Below are positions 1 to 11,440 of a stretch of DNA of 64,000 bases, piece after piece. The notes below the pieces were generated by a model, which saw nothing but the letters and a program-made list of their open reading frames with translations, ran no database searches and was not told where the DNA came from. The stretch comes from Mobula hypostoma (lineage: Eukaryota), in NCBI RefSeq assembly GCF_963921235.1, contig NC_086108.1:27158001-27222000 (forward strand), in the 5' to 3' direction. Position numbers and translations under genes: made by a program. How positions within the stretch are numbered: the stretch's first letter is position 1; each line of letters starts with the position of its first letter.

Positions 1-70
1 GTAGGTTGAAAGATTGTCACATCATGGGCTGAAGGGCCGATACCATGCTGTACTTGTTCTATGTTCTATC
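1..70 (+). mobile_element. CR1 LINE 3' UTR end, cut by the window edge
   Basis: GGGCTGAAGGGCC...TGCTGTAC..TTCTATGTTCTAT matches the CR1 3' tails elsewhere in the window. Confidence 0.6.
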
Positions 71-349
71 ATGCAGAAGGAGCAGTCCACTGCCCGAACT
101 ACTATTCTGCCTACCTTGAGTCTGACATTGGCTCAGTCTCACATTAGCTGCTCTGTTGACCCAAACTTCTTTTTATTGGCTATTGTTAGTAAGCTAATGA
201 ACCAATTCACCATCACCTTTGAATTAGCAAACCTTCCTCTTAAATTCCTGTAAAGTGAAACTCATGAACAAGCCCTGAGACTTACTTTTTTAAACTCTCC
301 TGCTCTCTGTCCAATGCAACTCCTGTGAAGAAAATCTCACCTTAGTACG

Positions 350-1415
350 ATAAAATGGTCATTTGACCTCACAATCTATCCCATTATGACCCTGCACCTC
401 ATTGTCAGCCTGCATTGCACTGTCACGGCAACAGTAACACTTTGTTTTGTGTTCTGTTAATGTTTTCTCTGTTACGTACCCTGTAACTGGGTTGCCAAAC
501 CAGCAGAAATGGAACACTCGTTGCAGTCTGGATTGCTAGGAATTAATTAAGTTTTATTAAAGAAACAAATAATACAGTACTCTAATCATAAGGATATAAA
601 TGTAACAGGTTATCAATGATAATACACACTTATACACAGAACTAGGGTAATAGGAATCAACCAAGCTCTATCGCAGTCTAGGGGTAAAATGATCAGTCTT
701 ACAGTGACGCAGAGTTCATTTCAGCTTAGTGCAGTTCGCAGTAATCACTGTTGTACCGTTGGGGGGGGGATGCAATTTGGTTCAGGCAGACCTTTGATGT
801 CTTCGCAGTTGGTTTCGGGCAGACCCTTTTTGATGTCTTCTATCCCGCTGTGGTCACGGACTGTGACCCCTCTGTTCCGGATACGATCGTTCTTCCGTGG
901 TGAACCCGGCACCCAGGCAAGGGCGGACACACACACCAGGTTCCCACCGATCTTACCTTTGCACCCTGTGAGCCTATGGTCGGTTCCCTCGAACCGGACC
1001 TCCAAACTCCCACCACTTGTGGGGGCACACCACTTTTTCCAGGGTCTCATTGTCTCGTGGTCTCGCGGTGTCCCGTGCCTTAAGCCAACCTGCTCTTTTT
1101 ATTCCCCTTCTGGGGTATCACCTGTCCATCAGACTTCAAACAGTTCAGGTTCAAAGCAACCGGTCTGTCAATATTCTGAATTGTGTTTCTTTTCCGTTAA
1201 TCCCTCTCTCCTCTCTTATTAGCATTTTGAATGTTTCTCCATTGTCTCTCTTACCTCTCTCATTAGCATCAATCGGCCGATAGCTTGGTTTGGTGTCAGA
1301 TCTCTTAGACCATTTCAAGTACTGTTGCAATGAATAAAATGATCGATATGTATGGCTTGCAAAGCAAAGTTGTTTTTTGCACATCAGGATATGTGACAAT
1401 AATAAACCAATTTAC
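350..1415 (+). mobile_element. Rex1/Babar-like LINE 3' UTR remnant, split by an LTR
   Basis: Segments ~350-469 and ~1305-1415 resemble the 3' UTR at 17320-17500 (opposite strand). It ends GTGACAATAATAAACC. Confidence 0.5.
470..1300 (-). mobile_element. Solo LTR (Gypsy/ERV-type), 831 bp
   Basis: Termini TGTTAC...TGTCAGA (terminal CA decayed to GA). Exact 4-bp TSD TCTC at 466-469 and 1301-1304. Minus-strand AATAAA near 553-558. Internal ~33-bp duplication at 777-840. Confidence 0.8.
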
Positions 1416-1829
1416 CAGTTTCCTACACAGATACTGCATGACCCATTCTGTTCCTCCACCAGTTTTAGAGAGCTCTAGATTCCAGCATTTGCAGTAATTT
1501 AACCCATAGATTGTCTCATTACTAACATTTTTTTCGATCAATGAAATTTTTGTATCAGAAATTTTTAGATGCTGTTACCATGCATAGCTCTCCTCATCTG
1601 GGCAGGAATATTACACTATTAGATCATTCAACCATGCCAAAACACATCAGATCTTGATACCAAGCAAATTACAGAAAAATGTCAACAATAAGAAACTTAC
1701 AAACAAATACTCATGGAGATGACTTACATCAGGGTATTTCAAGATTATTTCATCATATCCTTTCATAGTACTTCATAATTTTGTAAACTTACATGGTAGT
1801 GGGGAGAGGTGTGCCCATAATATATTAGG

Positions 1830-2250
1830 CTGAGTCCACCACTCTCAGCAGCTTCCTATGTTCTTCTGCATTGGAAAATCCATACCAGAGTACGATGCAA
1901 CAAGTCAGATAATTGTAGCTGGGCTTCAATGTGATAATGCAAAAACCTTTGGCTGTTCACCCTCCCCAGTGAGAAATTTCTGCATTCACTCAGAGACATC
2001 CAGGACCCTGGCACCCAAGAGGCAACACATCATTCAGGAATCTCTTCTGCAGCTACAGAATCTGCTGTTTTTGCTCCTCACCACTGAGTCTCCTATCACT
2101 CTCAGCCTTTTCCCTCTGAGCCTCAGAGCCAGATGTCATGCCAAAAGCATGACCACTCCTGCTAACCTCTGAACTGTATCCCCCTCAACAGTATCCAAAG
2201 ATGTCCATGGGTTAGTAGAGGGAAATCACACTGGTGAACCCTGCATACCC
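1830..2250 (-). mobile_element. Degraded CR1 ORF1 (esterase region)
   Basis: The reverse complement of 1990-2100 matches the ORF1 esterase segment at ~7620-7730. Confidence 0.55.
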
Positions 2251-2633
2251 ACACCTACCACCCCACAATAAACCAAATATTTGGAATCAAATGATCCTGC
2301 CTGGTGCTTCAGAGCTGGGTATGACTGCACCAGAACATTTCACGACACACACCGGTGATAATACACCTGATTCTGATTCTGGTTGGAGCAGAATTAGGCC
2401 ACTCTGCCTGTTGAGTTTGTTCTGCCTCTCCATCTTGGCGGATTTATTACCCCTCCCAATCCCAACCTCCTGCCTTCTCCCTGTAATCTTTGATGCCCTC
2501 ACCCCCCACCCCGGGCACAGCTTCTCTGCCACCTGTCACACACCCCTTCTGTGGTGCTCCACCATTGCCATTCAATCATCCTTTGTGTCTGCCAGATTCA
2601 CAAACTCGCTCTCTGCTCCATGTTGACAAACAA

Positions 2634-2701
2634 AGTACTGTGCAAAAGTCTGAGGCACTCTAGCTGTAAATATGTGCCTAATACTTTTGCATTGTACTGT
2701 A
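2634..2701. mobile_element. Tiny palindromic element made only of terminal inverted repeats (TIRs), Tc1/mariner-like
   Basis: AGTACTGTGCAAAAGTCTGAGGCAC...GTGCCTAATACTTTTGCATTGTACT is an imperfect inverted repeat. Confidence 0.55.
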
Positions 2702-2755
2702 TGTTTTAATTTTTAACAAGCTGCTGTGTGAATGCAGTTCCTTAAGATTGTTATA

Positions 2756-3336
2756 GCCAGGGGTGGTAATGGGAACAAACTCCCACTACCTCTTAAATAT
2801 TCCCAATGCCGTTCACCTCAAATAGCCTCTGACAGCTGTCCATCTCCTGGCCTTCACATTTGGCTTAGCTACTAAGCCCAGCAGAACCGTTTCTACTGAC
2901 AGGAGAAGGCGCAAAGGCGGGTTATCGGTGCCTTGAAACCAGTCACTTCAGGCTGATGGGGCTCTTCAGTCGTAGTTGACAGCTTATCTAGGAGAAGGAA
3001 AACTCTGATCTCAAACCTGCACTGCCTTGTGGCTATACCCACACATGGGGACGGCTTCAAAAGTAAACTCCAAAGGAAAATTCTGCAGCTGGAATCCCTA
3101 AGGCAGTCCTACATTGAGTTCAATTTTGACTGGCAGCGTCTGTGATACTGCTGGTACCAAACTGTATTGGTCTCTGCCGTTAGTTTGGGTTCATCAGTTG
3201 CATGGAGAGGGGGTGCTTGCTACATGGGCAACAGCTTGCTCTCCATATCATAACTGCCCAGGTTTGCATATCTAGACAGCTACGACACAATTACCATGGT
3301 CAACTGACCGACGGAGGCCTCACTCACTCACTCACT
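2756..3336 (+). mobile_element. Non-autonomous RTE-related element (5'UTR-like body plus RTE-like tail)
   Basis: Second copy at 14020-14436. It ends CCATGGTCAACTGACCGACGGAGGCC followed by (TCAC)n, resembling the RTE 3' end at 28822-28850. Confidence 0.6.
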
Positions 3337-4529
3337 GTGTGAATGCCAGTTACTCATTCGAGTTTAGGTTGAAACATTGGTCATACACCTTTGGATAGCA
3401 TTGCAGCAAGATGTCCTATTCAAATATTTCCCTTGTAAGAATATCAACATGTTTAGCATTCCACTACCTATGTGCTTGATATGTTTCTTTTCCAAGGTCC
3501 AATATCAATGAAAGGCAAATATGGCCCTGTCTCAATAAACAAACAGAACTGGATGTAAGACTGTATGGTTGAAAAACCAGGAGCTTGAATTCTTGAAAGC
3601 TAGAAGCTAAAATCACAAGTGTGTATTGTCATTCACTGATAGTCTAAGAAGAAACAGGCAAAGGTCCAAGAACCATTTGTTATAGATAGCTGGCACACCT
3701 GTTCATTTATGCAGTAGGAGTCAGAAATGTTCTTAATAACCAGGATACTGAGTAATTACAGGGAGTTTGAGAGGTTGATGAATAGTGAGAAGAAATTGCA
3801 TTGGAGAAGACAGCTGAAGTATAGTGTAGGTAACCAAGAATTACAAAGCTGTTCTGCTGTATAATTAAATTGCTTGAATAAGAGAAGCGAAAGAGAAGTG
3901 CCTGCAAGAAATCTGACAAGCTATTCTGCTGACGGAGCTCGCTGGGTGAACAAATAGAGAAACTGATAAATTCAGTTTAAAAATCCCCATTGCAATTGAC
4001 AGGGGAATAATGCAGCCACTGTAATAATCTGTCAGCACCAGCACGTGTATCTACTGTGTGCCACCTACACCGACTGCCCCAGTGGAGCAGGAGTGGGTCT
4101 GTATCTACGAATGAAGGAGAGCTTTCACCTGACTCAAGATAGTGCAAATGACTGCAACCTGATAGAATGGAATGTCAGTAACTTTGGTGTATAGAGAGGA
4201 AGTTGATTAGCTGACGAATGTACTCTGCCAACTATGCCCAGTCTAATTGCAAAATATAATGGTGTGCATCCAGGTACTCCTGACTCCTGAAGCAGCATGA
4301 GCTTGATGGCAGCTTTCTTAAGAGGAGGTACATTACCTTCAGAGGTGGCACAGCTTCCTCTTACTTTAATCTATGCTCTTATTGGCTTATATCTTCTTGA
4401 AATGAAAGGTTTTTAGCTCCACTAATTAATTCTGAATTTCAAATGGTAATCATGCAATAATCCCATGATTTTGCAGGCAGTTGGACAACTGAATCCCACT
4501 TATCAGATTCATTATTCCTCTGGTAACAT

Positions 4530-5695
4530 CTCAGATTCAGGTTTATCACATGTACATCGAAACATACAATGAGATGTGTCATTTGATTCCACAACTAACA
4601 CTCCCAAAGATGTGTTGTGGTCAGCCCACAAGTGTCGCCACCCATCCTGGTGCCAACATGGCATGCCCACAATGTTCAACACAGCACAGAACAACACAAG
4701 CAGCAACATCAATAGAAGAAACCTATACAACATCAAAACAAACCCCTTTCCTACCCTCCTAATCCCTCACACTCACACTCAGGTCTGAATCCCAGTACAG
4801 ACTGCCTCTGGGACTCCAGTCCTTAGCCCCATACTGTAAAACTCACAGACATTAGGCTTCTAAGCTTCAATCACTGGCTTGGTTTCACACACTTCCCAAT
4901 ATCACACCTTGAACCTCTAGTCACTGGTCCAGACACGCCCTCACCTTTGGATTTGATGACTTCAGTTTTCAACTTTTTCCAGTTTTCTATTTCTCGACTT
5001 GCCCAGATTGGGACTTTACCCTCTGGACTTTGCCAATATCTGGATTTCCACCCCAGAACTCATCAATCATGTGTTTTACCTTCAGGCCTTGACCTCTGGA
5101 TCTGCCAGTCATGAGTTTAACCTTTGGATCTTGATTTCTTTTGGTATTGGTAACCTACGATTATGGAAAACCTTGGGCCTTGACTTTTGGACTCACACAT
5201 ACTTCTGATCCCAGTGGCTGTGGTGGGGGGGATGGGTGGGTGAAACCATTCCTGTGATTCCCACCCGTACTGACCTCCAACTCAAGATTCAGTGACCTGG
5301 TGATTGCTGGTCTCACCAGCACCTGTCAAACTGACCTGACGATTGCCGTTTCAGCCTGGACTCCAAACAAGACCTGTTCTCCTGACTGTTCATTCTCCCT
5401 CATCTCTGTCCTGAAACCCTAACCTGATCCCTAACTCCCCGCATTGCCCCACAAACCATGCCTAGAAGTTTAAAAATATACAGGTAAGTCTGAGCCACGA
5501 CATTAATGGATATTCCACTTCAGCACCATTTTGACCCAAACACCAGCCCCTGTCCTTGACTCTTTATTTAGTGCCCCTGACCGCCAACTTTCCCTCATTC
5601 CTGTCCCTAAACCCTAACCTGTCACCAAAACCACCACTTAGAACTTGAAAAAAAGCAACTCAGTCTGAGCCACAACATTGACAGCCATCTTGACT
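4530..5695 (-). mobile_element. Non-coding element with Rex1/Babar-like termini
   Basis: Minus-strand start GTCAAGATGGC, with the 5' unit duplicated (~5395-5537 and ~5590-5695). The minus-strand 3' tail matches 40495-40640. Confidence 0.5.
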
Positions 5696-5844
5696 GAAGG
5701 AATTCTCATTATTTGGCTCATGCTTTACGTTGTTCCCCTTTGAACATTCTTGTCTTTATTCACTCTATAGTGATGTTGGATTAGAGGATTCAAGGTAATT
5801 ATTCCCTCAAAGAAAAGTGCACTATGTTGAAATAGTAGTCAGGT

Positions 5845-6146
5845 GTGTGGCCAAGTGGTTAGGGTGTTTGTTTAGTGATTTGAAAGTCACTAGTTCGAGC
5901 CTTGGCTGAGGCATGAGTGTGTCCTTGAGCAAGGCACTTAAACCACATCATTGCTCTGTGATGTCACTGGTGCCAAGCTGAATGGGTCCTAATGCCCTTC
6001 CCTTGGACAACATCAGTGGCGTGGAGAGGGGAGACTTGCAGCATGGGCAACTGCTGGTCTTCCATACAACCTCGCCCAGGCCCGCACCCTGGAAACCTTC
6101 CAAGGCGCAAATCCATGATCTCGTGAGACTAACAGATGCCTATTAT
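5845..6146 (+). mobile_element. tRNA-derived SINE with an RTE-type 3' tail
   Basis: A box GTGGCCAAGTGG and B box GTTCGAGCC. 9-bp TSD TAGTCAGGT at 5836-5844 and 6147-6155. Tail 6093-6140 is homologous to RTE 28804-28850. Confidence 0.85.
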
Positions 6147-7189
6147 TAGTCAGGTTTAACATTATGGGAGGGATCTCACAGGCATTTTAATATGAGGTTA
6201 GATATAAGGGATTTTAATAGGGGTGGGACAAGGGTACAGAGTTAAGGGTTTGCAGTTAGGGCCTGAGCTAATTTGTAGCGGGCTGCTGGGATGTAAGTTG
6301 GCAGTGATGACTTGGGGCTCAGAGCAGTTTATTGACTGTTCAGATTCACGGTTTGTAATGAAGGAGTTGGAGAGGGTAAATTATAGTTCGCAGTTAGGTA
6401 TTATTTTTGAGCCTATATGTTAGAATTTAAAAAGTTTCCAATTGATTCACTGTGTGAGATTCTTTCCAAAATATGCTTATCTCTCATTTGGAAAAAGGGC
6501 AGGGAATACACTGGGAACTGGTCTCATTACCGTTGGAACTCTGGCTTGTGTATTTTAGAATTTTAGTTTTCATAAGTGACCACATTTCTCTGAATTATTG
6601 ATGGTTCAGGCCATTCAATGAACAGCTCTCTAAGTTATTTTCATCCAATATCTCACTGTTCCTTGTCTTTTAAGAGATAACGAGTTCATATTTTCATTAA
6701 AAACCTCAGATTCCAGGGACTATGTTCTAGGCTGCATCTGATAACAGGCTTGTCTCTGTTTTCTGTTCCAATGAAATGAGTGATCTGTAAGCCTAGTTCT
6801 CAATGATTCAAATTTACTTTTTACATATGCAGTACGATGAGGCACTGCTTGTGCTGAATTGCATAAACTACACTTTTCTGTTAGCATAGAGTTCTTCAGT
6901 TTATCAGAAACACCTTTCCTCTAAACTAGACTGAGCCAAAAAACTCTGATCTTCAGTTAGTCAACCCCTTAAGAGACATGGCTTTTTTAATTAGTAAATT
7001 CAAAATATAAAACTGTTAAAGAATGCCAGCTTACAGACTACAGACTACACACTTGATGCTTCACTTGCAGAATTACAAGGTGCAGAAATCATACTCTTGG
7101 GGCAAATCAAATTACATTGCATTGATGTCATTTTTGTTTTTTTTTTCATTATTTATTCTTTCTTTCTTATTGCACATTTACAGCAGTGG

Positions 7190-9765
7190 GGATGTCAGGT
7201 AGGATTTTTGGAAAACTCCTCCTGCAGGATGTGGGAAGGCAGGGAGATTCCAATATTCCAGACGATTACAACTGCAAGAAGCGCATCCAGTTGCAGCATC
7301 TTACAAACTGTGTTTTGGAGTTGGAGCTGGAACAGGTTGAATTCGGGATCATTTTGGAGGCTGTGGGTTGATAGACAGGACATAAAGAGATGTAGTTACA
7401 CCCAATGTGCAGGACACAGGTAACTGGGTGATTATCAGGAAGGGGGAAAGCAATAGGCAGCTAGTGTAGAGTATCCCTGCGCCAATCCCCTCAACAAAAG
7501 GTATACCATTTTGGATACTGTTGGGGGAGATGACCTAACTGAGGAAAGCTACAGCATTTAAGTCTCTGGCATAAAGTCTGGCTCCATGGGTCCGAAGGGA
7601 GGTGAGGGGGAAGAGATGAGACGTAGTGATAGGGATTTGTTGGTTAGGGAAACAGAAAGGAGGTTCTGCGGACAAGAACGAGATTCCCGGATGGTATGTT
7701 ACCTCCTGGGTGCCAGTGTCCAGGACACCTTGGATCAAGTCCACAGCATTCTTAAGTGGGAGGGTCATCAGCCAGAAGTCATGGTCCATATCGGTACCAA
7801 TGACATAGGTAGCAGGGGTGACGAGATCCTGAAAAGTGAATTCAGGGAGTTAGGTGCTAAGTTACAGAATACTACCTGCCACGTGTTAGTGATGCCAGAA
7901 ATAAGAAGGTCATACAGTTTAACACATGGCTAAGGAGTTGGTATAGGAAGGAGTGTGTCAGATTTTTAGATGATTGGGCTCTCTTCCAGGGAAGGAGGGA
8001 ACTGGACAGAAGAGAGGAAACTAACCAGCTGGAAAAATGGGCTGAAAAATGACAGATGGAATTTAATGCAGACAAGTGTGAAGTGTTGCACTTTGGGAAA
8101 ACAAACCAGGGTAGGTTTTACACAGAGTGCAGTAAGGCACTGAGGAGTGCATTAGGACAAAGTGATCTGGGAATACAGATCCATCATTCCCTGAAAGTAG
8201 TGTCACAGGCAGATAGAATCGTAAGAACAGTTTTGGGACATTGGCCTTTTTAAATTAATGTATTGAGTACAGGAGTTGGGATGTTATGTTGAAATTGTAT
8301 AAGGGAATGGTGAGGCCTAATTTGGAGTGGCCTGTGAATTTCTGTTCACCTACCTATAGAAAATATGTAAATAGTATTGAAAGAGTGTAGAGAAAACTTA
8401 CAGGATGTTACCGGGCCTGAGTTACAGGGAAAGGTTGAATAGGTTAAGAATTTATTCCCTGGAACATGGAGATTGAGGGGAGATTTGATGGAGGTATACA
8501 TAATTATGAGGTGTCTTGATAGGGTAAATGCAAGCAAGCTTTCCACTGAGGTTGGATGAGAATCAACTAGAGTTTATGGATTAAAGACAAAATGTGAAAT
8601 GTTGAAGAGGAACACGAGCGGGATCTTCTTCACTGAGGCTACATCCACGCTAGACCGGAAAAATCCGTAAACGAAGCTTTTTCTCTTTGTTTTAACCCTC
8701 CGTCCACACTGAAACGGAGTTTTCCTCCCCCGAAAACAGAGATTTTCTAAAACGCCCTCCAGAGTGTGTAAATTTGAAAACACCGATTGTGCAGAGAGTG
8801 TGGACAGAGTAAACGGATGTTTTTAAAAACGCTGTCATGATGTGCCGGAACAGATGGCCGCAGCGCGGCATTTCATTGTTTCCTTGAACGCAACCCCCCC
8901 ACACAACCTAACAATTTCAGAACAGATGGCAACGAGACTGAAGCCAGAAGAGTTAGAAATGTACTCACCAAATACTTCGGCCCATAGCTTACTGAATAAA
9001 TAAGTATACTCACTTTGCCCTGCTTTCTGTCCTTTCATGTATGAAGGTGGTTCACCTATTTATGCAAGTACTTCTCTGACAATAGATGTGTAACAGCCTA
9101 ATGTAACATTGTATGGAAATACAAGATAACACTGATGCAGACATGTTTATACATTTAACAAGGTGCTTTATTAATGCAATAGAGTTAGTAAGTTTTTCAA
9201 TGTTCGTCGTCAGCTGGGTCATACTGTCCGTGAACTCCCTGTCGGTTGCCTCCATACGCTCCAGTATTTGTTTCTTTTTAGTTTTTAGTCCTCCTGCGTG
9301 AGTGCCAACAGCAATTTCTTTTAAGTTTTTCTAGTCTGTAACTGGACAAACACGCACCAAGTATACCATTTCCTCTTCGCTTGTTTTCTGTGTGTCCTGC
9401 GCATGCCCAGTTGGAGGAGATTCGCCCAAATATCCGTTCTAATGTGGATGGAGATATTTTTAAAAATGTCTGGTGTAGACGCCGATCATTTTTACATGAA
9501 ACTGGCATTTTCAAAGTTATCTGGTCTAGTGTGGACGTAGCCTCAGAGGGTGGTGAGAGTGTGGAAAGAGCTACCAGAGCAAGTGGTGGATATAGGTTTG
9601 ATTTCAACGTTTAAGAGATATTTCAACAGGTACATGGTTAGGAGGGGTATGGAGGGCTATGGTCTAGGAGCAGATCGAAGGGACAAGGCAGATTAAGTAG
9701 TTCAGAAAGGACCAAATGGTCCAAGGGGCCTATTTCTGTACTCTAGTGTTCTGTGACTCTATGTT
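7190..9765 (+). mobile_element. Internally deleted CR1 LINE: ORF1 (Zn finger plus SGNH/GDSL esterase) joined to the 3' part of ORF2, interrupted by a DNA transposon
   Basis: Peptides SSCRMWEGRE/DDYNCKK..QLQHL and PEVMVHIGTNDIG (ORF1), then MEFNADKCEVLHFGK (ORF2 C-terminal part). CR1 3' tail at ~9700-9765. Confidence 0.85.
8637..9542. mobile_element. Non-autonomous PIF/Harbinger-type DNA transposon, copy 1
   Basis: TIRs GGCTACATCCACGCTAGACC / GGTCTAGTGTGGACGTAGCC. Flanks TGA/TCA. Removing it restores the CR1 sequence TTCTTCAC-TCA-GAGGGTGG. Homologous to 53468-54325. Confidence 0.85.
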
Positions 9766-9947
9766 CAAACTGGGTATGTCAGTGCTGGCATTGAGACCTA
9801 CCGTTGATCAAAAGGTGGTGTTTGACCTGTTCTTTTTCTGCCTTTGATCTGGCTTGACTGACAGCTTTGTATTTAAGGACTCCTTCCACTGAAATATTCA
9901 TATTAATTAACTCAGGTTTTTGTGGAAACAAAAATGGAAAATGCTGA

Positions 9948-10030
9948 ACATAAACACAAGAAATCCACAGATGCTGGAAATGCAAGGCAACACACACAAA
10001 ATGCTGGAGGAACTCAGCAGACCAGGCTGC
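9948..10030 (-). mobile_element. Penelope-like terminal fragment
   Basis: CAGATGCTGGAAAT..CAACACACACAAAATGCTGGAGGAACTCAGCAG is shared with the other Penelope ends here. Confidence 0.6.
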
Positions 10031-10059
10031 AGTATTGATAATGAAATAGAGATAACATG

Positions 10060-10490
10060 TAAGGTAATAAGGTCCTTTCTCAGAGTTGCAACCACAGTTT
10101 TTATGATTCACACACATATCTAGGGGTTCACTCCCATTAGCCCTTGTCTCTCCCAAGGCTGTCTACAAGGTAGTGGGGCTATTTACCCATAGCTAGGGAC
10201 CTGGTTCACAAGCACTAGGGCGTGTCCACACACCAGTGGGCCTGCGAGCTATATGTGCAGGGGCCAGACCTCCTTCCTGTCCTCTAGTTCATTTTCTGTG
10301 TTTCGACAGTGAGGAGGCATTTCATGAGGCTTGTTTTTGGAGAGGTTATGTACCGGCAGGGAGAGGCTTTTACACATTTGGCTCTCTGTTTCACAAGACT
10401 GCTATCCAGTGGTGGAAGCTGAAAGTGAGAGTGACAAGCACTACCCACTACACTACCACACTAGACATATCGCAACAACCCATTTGACAC
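10060..10490 (-). mobile_element. Possible RTE 5'UTR-derived non-autonomous element
   Basis: Minus-strand CTACCTTG...GGGAGTGAACCCC resembles the CTGCCTTG...AGTAAACYCC motif of the 2756 and 14020 elements. No TSD seen. Confidence 0.3.
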
Positions 10491-10496
10491 CCAAGT

Positions 10497-11440
10497 AGCA
10501 CACACAAAGTGCCGGGGGAAGTCAGCAGGCCAGGCAGCATCCATGAAAAAGAGTAAACAGTTGATGTTTCAGTCCAAAACCCCTCATGAGGACTGGAAAA
10601 AGAGATGAGGTCAGATTAAGAAGGTAGGGGGAAGGGAGGAAGAAAGACAAAGTAGTAGGTGATAGGTGGAACCTGGCGAGAGGAAGGGTGAAGTAAAGAG
10701 CTGAGAAGTCGATTGGTGAAAGAAATAAATGGCCAGAGAAGGGGGAAACTGATAGGAGAGGACAGAAGTGCACGAAAGAGTGAAAGGGGCGGAGCACCAG
10801 AGAGAGGTGATGGGCAGGTAAAGTGAGAGAGGGAAATGGGAATGGAAATTGGTGAAGATGGTGCAATTACTGGGATGTTCATGCCATCAGGTTGGAGGTT
10901 AGCCAAATGAAATATAAGGTGTTGCTCCTCCAACCTGATTGTGGCCTCATCGTGGCAGTAGAGGAGGTCACGGATTGACATGTCGCAATGAGAAGAAGAA
11001 TTGAAATGGGTGGCATCCAGGAGATCCGACTTTTTCTGGTGGACAGAGTGTAGGTGCTCAGCGAAGTGGTCTCCCAGTCTGCGTTGGGTCTCGCTGATAT
11101 ACAGGAGGCCACACCAGGAGCACCGGATGACTCCAGGGGGTGAAGAGTCACCTCTGCTGGAAGGACTGTTTGGGGACCTGAATGCTAGTGAGGGAGGAGG
11201 TGGAGTGGCAGGTGTGGCACTTGTTCTGCTTGCAAGGATAAGTGCCAGGAGGGGAATCAGTGGGTAAGGGCAAATGGACAAGGGAGTCACGTAGGGAGTG
11301 AACCTTTTATAAACCCCAAAGGGAGAGGGAAAGAAAGGTGTGCTTGATGGTGGGATCCCGCTGGAGAAGGCAGAGGTTACGAAGAATTATGTGCTGGATG
11401 CAAAAGCTGGTGGGGTGGTAGGCGAGGACGAGAAACCCTG
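10497..11440 (-). mobile_element. Penelope-like retroelement: GIY-YIG endonuclease remnant plus pseudo-LTR
   Basis: ORF 10616..11290 contains GVIRCSWCGLLYISETQRRLGDHFAEHL...EEQHLIFHL..LQPDGMNI. Decayed hammerhead at ~10557-10596. Confidence 0.85.

Noticed and set aside
689..1283. 177-aa and overlapping ORFs as a possible gene
   Set aside because: They lie entirely inside the TSD-flanked LTR and show no recognisable domain.
5410..5625. CCCTAA-like motifs as interstitial telomere
   Set aside because: Only a few degenerate units, all within the duplicated 5' unit of a repeat element.
5845..5915. tRNA gene
   Set aside because: A and B boxes are present but there is no full cloverleaf. It is the head of a TSD-flanked SINE.
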